Shown in pieces: positions 1-10,196 of a stretch of DNA of 64,000 nt. The notes under the pieces were generated by a model, which saw only the letters and a list, made by a program, of their open reading frames with translations, was not told the DNA's origin and did no database searches. Numbering within the stretch: the first letter of the stretch is position 1; each line of letters starts with the position of its first letter. This DNA comes from Mobula hypostoma (Eukaryota). Location of the stretch: positions 155,744,001 to 155,808,000 of the forward strand of contig NC_086098.1 of the NCBI RefSeq assembly GCF_963921235.1, read 5' to 3'. A program made the position numbers and the translations under genes.

Positions 1-20
1 GCATCTCTAGGAAGATCTAC

Positions 21-56
21 AGTCGACGTTTCGGGCCGAGACCCTTCGTCAGGACT
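21..56 (-). ncRNA. Minimal type I hammerhead ribozyme in Penelope terminal repeat
   Basis: Minus strand reads AGTC-CTGACGA-AGGG-TCTCGG-CCC-GAA-ACGT-C-GACT: CUGANGA/GAAA core, stem I AGTC:GACT, stem II GGG:CCC, palindromic ACGT stem III, GUC cleavage triplet. Confidence 0.85.
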
Positions 57-2396
57 AACTGAAAGAAGAGCTAGGAAGAGATTTGAAAGAGGGAGGAGGA
101 GGGGGAGATCCAAAATGATAGGAGATGACTCCTTCTCCCGTCTTCAACCCTCCTCCTCTTCATGGACACCCCGTTCTGGTCTTCTGCCTGCTCTGGATAT
201 CTTTATTGCTAACTGCCGACGGGACTTCACCGCACCTTGTTCCCATTCCAACCTCACTCCTTCCGAACGCTCTGCCCTCCGCTCCCTCCGCACTAATCCT
301 AACCCTACTTTAAAATCCGCCGATAAGGGGGCTGCTGTTGTAGTCTGGCGTACTGACCTCTACCTTGCTGAGGCACAACGACAACTCGCGGATACCTCCT
401 CTTATTTACCTCTCGATCGTGACCCCACTAAGGAGCACCAAGCCATTGTCTCCCACACCATCACCGACTTTATCTGCTCAGGGGATCTCCCATCCACTGC
501 TACCAACCTTATAGTTCCCACGCCTCGCACTTTCCGTTTCTACCTCCTACCCAAGATCCACAAAACTGCCTGTCCTGACAGACCTATTGTCTCAGCTTGC
601 TCCTGCCCCACCGAACTCGTTTCTGCATACCTTGACACTGTTTTATCACCCCTTGTTCAATCCCTTCCGACCTATGTTCGAGACACTTCTCACGCTCTTA
701 AACTTCTCGATGATTTTAAGTTCCCTGGCCCCCACCGCTTTATTTTCACCATGGATGTCCAGTCCCTATATACTTCCATCGCCCATCAGGAAGGTCTCAA
801 AGCTCTCCGCTTGTTTTTGGATTCCAGACCTAATCAGTTCCCCTCTACCACCACTCTGCTCCGTCTAGCGGAATTAGTCCTTACTCTTAATAATTTCTCC
901 TTTTGCTCCTCCCATTTCCTCCAAACTAAAGGTGTTGCTATGGGCACCCGTATGGGTCCTAGCTATGCCTGCCTTTTTGTTGGCTTTGTGGAACAATTTA
1001 TGTTCCAAACGTATTCTGGTATCTACCCCCACTTTTCCTTCGCTACATCGACGACTACAATGGCGCTGCTTCCTGCACGCATGCTGAGCTCGTTGACTTC
1101 ATTAACTTTGCCTCCATCTTTCACCCTGCTCTCAAGTTTACCTGGTCCATTTCCAACTTCTCCCTCCCCTTTCTAGATCTTTCTGTCTCTATCTCTGGAG
1201 ACAGCTTATCCACTGATGTCTACTATAAGCCTACTGACTCTCACAGTTATCTGGACTATTCCTCTTCTCACCCTGTCTCTTGCAAAAATGCCATCCCCTT
1301 CTTGCAATTCCTCCGTCTGCGCCTCATCTGCTCTCAGGATGAGGCTTTTCATTCCAGGACGAGGGAGATGTCCTCCTTTTTTAAAGAAAGGGGCTTCCCT
1401 TCCTCTACTATCAACTCTGCTCTCAAACGCATCTCCCCCATTTCACGCACATCTGCTCTCACTCTATCCTCCCTCCACCCCACTAGGAATAGGGTTCCCC
1501 TGGTCCTCACCTACCACCCCACCAGCCTCCGGGTCCAACATATTATTCTCCGTAACTTCCGCCACCTCCAGAGGGATCCACCACTAAGCACATCATCCCC
1601 CCCCCCCCCCGCTTTCCGCAGGGATCTCCCCCTACGCGACCCCCTTGTCCATTCGTCCCCCCAATCCCTCCCCTCCGATCTCCCTCCTGGCATTTATCCT
1701 TGTAAGCGGAACAAGTGCTAAACATGCCCTTACACTTCCTCCCTTACTACCATTCAGGGCCCCAGACAGTCCTTCCAGGTGAGGCGACACTTCACCTGTG
1801 AGTCGGCTGGGGTGATATGCTGCGTCCCGCGCTCCCGATGCGGCCTTCTATATATTGGCGAGACCCGACGCAGACCGGGAGATCGTTTCGCTGAACACTT
1901 TCGCTCTGTCCGCCAGAGAAAGCAGGATCTCCCAGTGGCCACACATTTTAATTCCACGTCCCATTCCCATTCTGATATGTCTATCCACGGCCTCCTCTAC
2001 TGTAAAGATGAAGCCACACTCAGGTTGGAGGAAGAACACGTTGTATTCCGTCTGGCTAGCCTCCAAACTGATGGCATGAACATTGACTTCTCAAACTTCC
2101 ATAATGCCGCCCCGCCCCCGTACCCCATCCATTATTTATTTATATACACACATTGCTTTTCACTCTCTCCTTTTTCTGCCGCTGTCCCTCTCTCTATACC
2201 CCTTGCCCATCCTCTGGGGCCCCCCCCCCGTTTTCTTTCTCCCTGGGCCTCCCGTCCCATGATCCTCTCATAGCCCTTTTGCCAACCAACCGTCCAGCTC
2301 TTGGCTCCAACCCTACCCCTCCTGTGTTCTCCTATCATTTTGGATATCCCACTCCCCCTCCCACTTTCAAATCTCTTACTAGCTCTTCTTTCAGTT

Positions 2397-2432
2397 AGTC
2401 CTGACGAAGGATCTCGGCCCGAAACGTCGACT
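2397..2432 (+). ncRNA. Minimal hammerhead ribozyme (stem II carries one substitution)
   Basis: AGTC CTGACGA AGGA TCTCGG CCC GAAACGTC GACT. Confidence 0.78.
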
Positions 2433-2495
2433 GTACCTCTTCCTAGAGATGCTACCTGGCCTGCTGCGTTCACCAGCAACTTTGATGTGTCTTGC

Positions 2496-3365
2496 GTGTA
2501 CCTCAGGGATGTGTGTTATGTCTGTTGTTGTTTGTCATCTATATCAATGATCCGAATGATAATGTATAAACTGGATCATCATATTTGGGATCTCACGAAG
2601 ATTGGGAAGGCAGTGAACAGCGACTAAGTCCATTGAAGCTTGTAGCGGGATAAGGAGCAGCTGGGAAAATAGAGTGAACAATGGCGGATGTGAAGCATTG
2701 CATTTTGTGAGGACAACCCAGGGTAAGACTTAAACGTTGAGCAATAAAGGATTGAGGAGTACGGTAGAACAGAAGGAATAAAGATCCATAATTTCATCCA
2801 TAATGTCATGTTGACGCTGTGTAAGACGCTGGGGAAGCCTAATTTGGAGTATTGTATACAGTTCTAGTCACCTGCCCACAGGAATGATATCAGTAAGATT
2901 GAAAGAGGGCAGAGAAAATGTATAATAATGTAACTTGAGCAATAGGGAAAGGTTGAATAAATTAAGGGTTCATTCCCTGGAGCAAAGGCGAATGAATGGC
3001 GATTTGATGGAGGTACACAAAATTATGAGGACTATAGATAGGATACATGAAAGCTAACCATTTCCACTTACGTTAGGTGAAACTAGAACTAGAGATCGTG
3101 GGTTAAGGGTGAACGATGCAAAGTTTAAATGGAACATGCGGGGCAAGTCTTTACTCAGAGGATGGTGAGAGTGTGGAACAATTTGCCAGCGAATGGGTTG
3201 GGTATAGGTTCGATTTCAACATTCAAGGGAAATTTGGATAGCTACATGGATGGGAGCGGGAAGGAGAAGAATGGTCTGGTGACTAGGCAGCGTAATAGTT
3301 CAGCACAGTCTAGATTTATCGAAGGGACTGCTTCTGCACAGTAGTGTTCTACAACTGTGTCTATA
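2496..3365 (+). mobile_element. Old degenerate CR1 LINE 3' fragment (part of the duplicated unit)
   Basis: Decayed CR1 RT C-terminal motifs such as FFTQRMVRVWNNLP; paralogous to about 44200-44530 plus 45530-46115. Confidence 0.75.
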
Positions 3366-4595
3366 TATCTTGCACATTTGAAAGCACTAGTAGTTCTAGT
3401 TCCAATTTGTCCTCAGGTGTGAATGAACAGTTAATGCACTTCACTGGAATTGCAATCGAAGAGCCTGGTAACCATGGTTATGTTTTTAATTCTTCTGGGG
3501 CAAAATATGTTATTTTGTCTCTTCGGTTTAAATGAAATTAAAATTGAGATTAAAAAAAAACTCTAATGCAAATGTCTATCGCCTGTATACTTCTGGCCAA
3601 GTTGCAGCTGTGGATATATGAAGGAATAACAATAGGGACAGGGTCTCCAGATCCCCGGCCTCCTGTCATGACTCAATCCCTTGAATCACTTAAAGATCTT
3701 TCGATCTCAATCTACTTGAGCATCAACAAAGGCAAAGATTAAACGTGCGTCGAGGGAAGAATATTATCTCTTTCAGTCCCGAATACTCAAACCCATTATC
3801 TAATTCTGCAGCCTTCCGTTCTCAAGAAAAAATAAGCAGGAATTGTCTCGGCATCTGCCTAGTCCACAAAGAGTTTTATATATTTCAATGACATCGCCTC
3901 TATTTCATCCAAATGCTGTAGGATATATGCCCTATAGATTAATTCACGTAAACAGAACCTGCTGCGCAGGGAAAGGAGTCAGAACTATATGTAATACTCC
4001 AGGTGATGCCTCAATATAATGGCAACAAGACTAAAGTCTTCCCAAACCATTTCACCGCGTATATATGTGGGAATCGCCCTCAGTTGAATGAGTTTTCCAT
4101 GAGGTATCATTGTGTGGCTGTCTTTGCATGTGTGTGCGCTTAAATGTGGGTGCGTGAACCATCTCATGACTGCACAACTTTTAAACATAATATCACGCAC
4201 ATTTCACTGCTGCATTTTTGTATCAAGGCAATATCATTAAAGAGAGAATTAAATTATATTTTTAGTTTATTCAGTACTCGAAATAAAAGCCATCAAAGCA
4301 TACTGTAAATCAGACTTGGTCGTTAATGTTATTGGATATTTGTGCTCGAACTTGTCAGCAGTAGGCAAGCACCAAGAATGCAATCTTCAGACCACGGTCA
4401 TTTGATGAACATTTGGGTTTCAATTAACTGAGATTAATTAACATTAGAGTTTCAATTAACAATGATGCCGATTTAATAGAAACACATTTAAGACTGACAA
4501 AACTTAAATGATGACTCCGACTGCAAATACTTATCTACAAAACAATAATGCCTCAAAATCATTTTAATGAAGAAAAAGACGGGGAAAACAAGCTT

Positions 4596-4601
4596 TTTAT
4601 T
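4596..4601 (-). terminator. Probable poly(A) signal of IgL cluster 1
   Basis: AATAAA on the minus strand about 24 nt after the C-exon stop codon. Confidence 0.55.
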
Positions 4602-4624
4602 TTGATTAAGTTTTAAATAAAGTT

Positions 4625-4947
4625 TTAGATACAGCCGGATCTCGCGATCGTTTCTTCAAATGGGTTTACTTGACTCTCGTGTTTAACCACACAGGAGTAA
4701 CGCTCGTGTGTGCTCCATTCTGAGGCTGGCAGAGTCAGGTAACTGCTTACACTGAACGTGTTGTCCGTTTCCTGCTGGACACGGCTCGTCTCCACGCCAT
4801 TCCTCCTCGGACGACCGTCCATGGTCCATTCAATATCCACTGCGCCCGGATTAAAACGACTCACCAAACACACCAGCGTCGCTGTGCCTTTTCTCGTGAT
4901 TTCTTCCGGGGAAGGTCGGAGAACGGAGACGGCGGGAGCCCGAGGAT
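4625..4947 (-). CDS. IGLC: Ig light chain constant exon, lambda/type II-like, intact (cluster 1)
   Basis: The acceptor ttttacacAG precedes (N)PRAPAVSVLRPSPEEITRKGTATLVCLVSRFNPGAVDIEW...SSYLTLPASEWSTHERYSCVVKHESQVNPFEETIARSGCI*. It has C1-set Cys/Trp/Cys and the penultimate interchain Cys; phase 1 matches the J donor. Confidence 0.95.
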
Positions 4948-5107
4948 CTGTGTAAAATAAGGTCCCAGTTTAGAACAGGTTTCAGTTAAAACATCATGTT
5001 TGTTGAAAGTGCGTTTGGCATTGCACGTATCCATTCATCTTAATGAATGAAAATTCCTTTTTCCGTTTACCCGTTGCAATCGGTTAAATTGGAGGTGAAA
5101 AAATTGC

Positions 5108-5122
5108 CAGGTGAAATCTCCC
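5108..5122. promoter_or_regulatory. E-box (CAGGTG) abutting a kappaB-like motif (GGGAGATTTC, minus) in the J-C intron
   Basis: Seen directly; conserved in cluster 2 at 46901-46915. Function inferred. Confidence 0.35.
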
Positions 5123-5372
5123 ATGAATAATTGTTCTTTCTGAAACTGGGGCATAATGTGTGCAGTGGCGGTCTTCCAAGAATTACATCCATTGGATTCA
5201 GGTTGAATAAAAATCCGAGGTTACACCTGACTGATAATTGTGACCTCCACTGGCACCTAAGCTTCCACCGTCCCTACTTCTACCTTAGACATCTTCACTT
5301 GATTCAACTGTTCATTCATCAAGTCAAGAGACAGAAGTCTATTCATGGTTTGCTTATAATCAGGGATTAGTA

Positions 5373-5457
5373 CAATAGTTCTCAACCTTTTTTTTTTAAT
5401 GACACGGACCCTTACCATTTGCAGAGGGGTCTATGGACCCTAGGCTGGGAACACCGG
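5373..5457. mobile_element. hAT-like MITE, about 85 bp
   Basis: Imperfect TIRs (caatagttctcaacc / ggctgggaacaccgg) and 8-bp TSD gattagta (5365-5372, 5458-5465). Paralogous copy at 47199-47278. Confidence 0.65.
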
Positions 5458-5653
5458 GATTAGTATATTTTAAGTATCTAAGCTATCGGAATACGGAGTT
5501 CGATTTGCGGCAACATTAGATTTACAGACTGCTTGTATTCAAAATCACTTTAGGAAAGTTTAACATTAATGTTGAAAATTACATGCTTTGTTTCCGAAAT
5601 ATTATTTTTTTCCACTTGAAGTAAATAATTCAAATCTGGATTGTGGAGTGCAG

Positions 5654-5668
5654 CGGACTTTCCACCTG
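5654..5668 (+). promoter_or_regulatory. Candidate intronic enhancer core: kappaB-like site overlapping an E2A box
   Basis: CGGACTTTCC (9/10 to GGGACTTTCC) followed by CACCTG, about 700 bp before the C exon in the direction of transcription. Confidence 0.4.
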
Positions 5669-7517
5669 GCACACCGCTGAGAAAACCAGTTTTTTACGAT
5701 GTTCACGGTCGAGGTGGCAAGAAAAGAGAATAACCCCCAATTCATCTGATATGGTTCAGAGCTACTGCTCACCGCGGTTCACTTTCGTATTTTGAAGTTA
5801 TTTATCTTGTAAATTTGAAACACTCGCTGTTCCATGATTCAATTTTTGGTGCAATGAAAGATGTAATGATGGCATCACTAACTTACCACCCGTTATGCCT
5901 GTATCGTTTAGCACAGCAATGAAAGTCCTCAATCTGCTTGTAAAAACCGTCGCCCACAAATAGAAAAGGATTCTTTATTGCTGTTTCCGTAACAAACTTT
6001 GACCAGTCAGGGTTGAGAGCTCTGAACGTAACCCCCGATTTTGGATGTCCACTTAACCACTCATAGTCTGGCCTCTACCCTTTGACCTGTTGGGCATGGT
6101 TGACCCTACCAAGAACCAAAGCACAAGGCCTTGAATCTAGGCAATTTAGGTCTGCGGTCACTGAGCCACGCATGTCTCGAAATCCTGAGATAAGGTTATT
6201 GGAGGTTTATTTCCATACGGTGACCCAAATGCATCACGATTTTAAACTACAAAAGATTTTCAATATTAAAATTGGTAAAAAAAATATGTTTGGGCACGTT
6301 GGCGTTCCAAAGTAACAGAGAAATAATACCAACGGTTGAAAGCATAAAATACTAAAAGGAGTCGGCTAATGAAAATTGAGAATTTTCATTCTAATATCTA
6401 CTAATATCTACGTGCTTCTCCTCGAAGTCCGTTATGGTCTTATATGGCGCGAGTGTTTCAGAATTCATTCAAGTTCAATTTGTATTCTATACAGCAAAAG
6501 AGTGGAGGAATATTTTAACATCCCTTTGCAGATTAATACAAATATTTAACTGTTCAAACTGCCGTTAAAAAGCTTTCAAGTATAAAATTGGACAATGATT
6601 AACCTATCAGTTAGTCTTCTCAGTGACATAGAACCATAGAAACCATAGAAAAACTACAGCACAGAAACAGGCCTTTTGGCCCTTCTTGGCTGTGCTGAAA
6701 ACATCTGAAAACTCTCCCTAGAACTGATGGACTAATTAATCCGCTGTTGTTTGCATTCTGTTTTTTTTCCGGGCACTTAAAGAGTCCCCATTCACTGCCG
6801 TGTATATCATCACCAATGTGTCAGGTGGAAAATATAGCACTAGTTCTGTTATTTTTAGGAAAACATAAGGAACCCAAAAATACCATGCGAGTGTGTCGAA
6901 CCCTCTGCAAACAGGATTCAAATTTTGTTCGTCTTTTTCATTTGCACCTTCCATCGCGACAACCAAGGACCACATCAGAGAAAACATCATCAAATTATAT
7001 GAATTGTTGCAGAAGTTTAAATCCTGTGCTCGTGATTAATAAAGGCTGTCTAAATGATTGGTTAAAATGTTTATAGCGCAACGAACAATAACTAGACACA
7101 ATCGAGATTTTAGCAATATTATGGGTTATTCTATTGGAACCATTCGCTTTGGTCATCTATCTCTCATTAGCTATGCAATTTCATTATTTTTAAGAATGCT
7201 CTAGGGTCCAGTGATCAGTGTCTAGCCATTAACTTATGGGTCTGACGGGCATCAACACAAAGTGGTGCATCAGCAAAGGTGTTTCCACCAACAAAATCAT
7301 AGATGCAATCTAAATTCGGGATTTCAGGATTATACTCATTTAAAAACGATCGGAATATTCTTAACCTGGCTTGGCAAATATTATTTCATCTTGTACTAAG
7401 TCAACATGAATATGAAAAGTAATATCCGGGCGCGCTAGTTCAACTAAATTGCCAAAGGACCGTTAATCGTGGTTGGATATCTTTAACAGCCTTTAAAAGC
7501 ATTTGTTTCGAAGCCAC

Positions 7518-7781
7518 ATCAGCGCTGGACTTCGGGGCGAGAAGTCCCGAGTTCGAATGCGGCCACCTCCCTTGCGAGCTCTGCATCCGTGCCTGGGTTG
7601 AGTGTCGAGATAACAACTCGACCTCGTAAAAAAAACTGGAGAGGGATGGCTTCCGCCAGGTTTCAGATGCCCATGACACGCCGTACGATCAGCATACCAA
7701 AAAGATCTGTGCAAAAAGCTTGAATGACGGCGCCCCGACGACTCCAGCAGGAGTTAATGGCACGCGCACATACACACACAG
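7518..7781 (+). mobile_element. tRNA-derived SINE with CA-rich tail in the J-C intron of cluster 1 only
   Basis: B-box-like GAGTTCGAAT. Absent at the paralogous site (51901-51962). Flanked by a roughly 57-61 bp direct duplication. Confidence 0.75.
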
Positions 7782-7919
7782 CGTTAATCGTGGTTGGATA
7801 TCTGAAAAGTACCGCCTTTAAAAGCGTTTGCTTTGAAGCTACAATTAGACGACAAAAAATTAATTATTGTTCACTTAAGTACCAGGAAGCCATGCGCATT
7901 GAATTGATATTTTACTTAC

Positions 7920-8267
7920 TACCAATTGCCAGCCTCGTTCCTTTGCCGAAGGTGCAAACATTTGATTTCCATACAGCACAGTAATAGTCTGCCGCATCCT
8001 CCGACTGGACGCTCGATATTGTCAATGTTGCCGTGTTGCCTGATACTGAGCCGCCGAAACGGTTCGGAACTCCGGAGCCTCGGTAAATGCTGCTCCCCGA
8101 CCAATAGTAGAACAGAAACCGAGGAACTTTTCCGGGAACCTGCTGGTACCAGTAAATATTGCTACTTCCTAAAGAGGTTCCAGACAAGGTGCAGGGCATT
8201 TGCACGTTCTGCCCCGGGGATGTGGATTTCGAAGGTGGCTGATTCAGTGCAACTTCCGCGTTGATAT
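7920..8267 (-). CDS. IGLV: Germline-joined VJ exon of Ig light chain, in frame (cluster 1)
   Basis: Acceptor ttttccAG at 8268-8269. Encodes INA|EVALNQPP..MPC..WYQQ..DAADYYCAVWKSNVCTFGKGTRLAIG, with J donor GTAAGT at 7919. No RSS or intervening DNA lies between V and J; 348 nt keeps phase 1/1. Confidence 0.96.
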
Positions 8268-8391
8268 CTGGAAAAGATCAGAGGGAAGAAACAATGTACC
8301 GAGATTAATATTCGAGAAATACCAGAAGTGCGAGAAGAATATCATTGAATGGTATTCAAGATTCAATATGATGTCCGTGGAAAATACTCAC

Positions 8392-8440
8392 AAATTGCAG
8401 TAACCACCAGCGTACTGACCACACGAACCCACCAAGACAT
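8392..8440 (-). CDS. Leader (L1) exon of IgL cluster 1
   Basis: ATG at 8440 encodes MSWWVRVVSTLVVTAI plus 1 nt, then GTGAGT donor; 124-nt intron to the V exon. Confidence 0.93.
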
Positions 8441-8549
8441 TGTAGTTAATAGAGTGAAGCTCACGGAAGGTGCTGCGGTTAAGTGGCGTCTCAACTGTTC
8501 AGCTCGCTTATGAATCCTGTGACGAGCTGGCACTGCGTGTTCCCTATTT

Positions 8550-8559
8550 ATGCAAATCA
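8550..8559 (-). promoter_or_regulatory. Ig light-chain promoter octamer/decamer TGATTTGCAT
   Basis: Perfect ATTTGCAT in the light-chain orientation, about 110 bp upstream of the ATG. Confidence 0.88.
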
Positions 8560-8914
8560 TTTCAAACGGAACGGCACATTGACACCAATCACAAGTTGCC
8601 AACTTTTTCCTGTGTCAAAGTAATTTCAAGTTTTTAGACAGATAAGCATTTGGTTTCGAGTTCTGTATTTCTCCGATGTATTTTAGATGAACAACTTGTC
8701 CTCTTCTCCATTCAGTTGTACAATATATTTAAAATACGCGATGCTTGCACCATTATTAAAGATGGTTGGTCCGAGATTTTCGAAATCAACAAATAAAGAA
8801 AAAACAATATTGGCAATTATTGAAGGATCTATAGGGTTGACAATGAAGTCCAAGCCACTTGTCTGTATATTTTTAGAAAACGCACTGCGGGGTTAAGATA
8901 CGTCTCTACCAAAG

Positions 8915-9250
8915 GAGATGTGAGGCGCTCCATTCCACCGCTAAAGCGCAGGTCACCTTAAGGTAATGCGTTGCACCTGCTTAGCCCTACGATCAATGTC
9001 ACGTGAAGCAGGGGAGCAGGCGGTGGATGGCCGTATGATCAGCTGGTGCATATCACAAGTCCTGGTTATGCGACCACTGACGACGGGCAGACAATCTCTG
9101 AATTGACAATGGCTGTGTTTACTCGACTTGAAGAGATACTGACAAGGAGAAGTTAATGTCAAACCACTTCTGTGGGGAAAAATTGCGAAGAACAATCATG
9201 TCATGGATAATACCATGATCGCCCACGTCATATAACACTGCACATAATGC
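8915..9250 (+). mobile_element. SINE or LINE-tail relic, repeated at about 21285-21570 and 53215-53550
   Basis: Three similar copies at paralogous positions; 3' part resembles RTE-type tails (caaaccacttctgt...catgatcgcccacgtcat). Confidence 0.45.
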
Positions 9251-9804
9251 TAATGATGTGTTTATATGAATCAAGTAGACGATCTGGAAGTGAATGCTAT
9301 ATTTCTATAAGTCTCATCGTTCAGGCAGAAGTTGACAACAGCGAAATAATTCTGAGTTCTTAATAACAGTCAAACCATCGAACATAGCAAACTTACAAAA
9401 TATATTTTTGCGACATCAGGAGCTATTAGCAGGATAATGAGTTTTCGAGCAAGTATTTAAGCCATGAGTGATGTTATTCTATTTTAGGGGTCTCTTTATT
9501 CCTTAAAGAATATGAGAACAAACTCTACATTTTAATGTCATTTTCAAAGCATAAAAAAGACGCAGTTTAACAGAATGAAATGGAAAGGATTAGTTGGAAT
9601 AGATTATGCCTGGCATGCTGAGCTCCTCTTTTCCAGAATTTTGTTTGTGTGTTACTCTATGTAGACCAGGGGAGCAAACCTTGGATATGGGATATCTCCT
9701 GTCGGGCAGGAGATTTAGAATCTGACAACCAGCAGGTACCTAAATATCACAAAACAACACAGAATTTGAAGGACGAGTTCCAAATCCTAGAAATTAGAGA
9801 ATAG

Positions 9805-10196
9805 GTTGAGTGAACTCGGCCTTTTCTCATTGGAGCGACTGAGGATGAGAGGTGACCAGATAGAAGTGTACAAGATGATGAGAGGCATTGATCATATGGA
9901 TAGTCAGAGGCTTTTTCCCAGGGCTGAAATAGTTGCCACAAGAGGACACAGATTTAAGGTGCTGGGGAGCAGGTACAGAGGAGATGCCAGGGGTAAGTTT
10001 TTTACTCAGAGAGTGGTGAGTGCGTGGAATGGGCTGCCGGCAACGGTGGTGGAGGCGGATACGATAAGGTCTTTTAAGATACTGTTAGAGAGGTACATGC
10101 AGCTTAGTAACATAGAGGGCTATAGGTAAGCCTAGTAAATTCTAAGGTAAGGACATTTTCAGCACAAATCTGTAGGTTTTCTATGTTTCTATGTTT
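9805..10196 (+). mobile_element. 5'-truncated CR1 LINE 3' end
   Basis: LGLFSLERLRMRGD..FFTQRVVSAWNGLP, ending in (tttctatg)n tail. Confidence 0.88.

Larger units (their letters stand above)
1..2495 (+). mobile_element. Penelope-like retroelement (RT + GIY-YIG endonuclease), 5'-truncated and frameshifted, with inverted terminal repeat
   Basis: ORF fragments contain ADKG, PKIHK, RPIVS, DVQSLYTSI, GVAMGTRMGPSYA and YIDD (out of frame, about 1045-1056), then CGLLYIGET..RFAEH (GIY-YIG). Bases 1-125 are the reverse complement of about 2327-2452. Confidence 0.93.

Noticed and set aside
7977-7983. Embedded heptamer TACTGTG as a V-replacement signal
   Set aside because: It is the ordinary Tyr-Cys-Ala codon string found in most V genes, and no unrearranged donor V with an RSS is present in the window.
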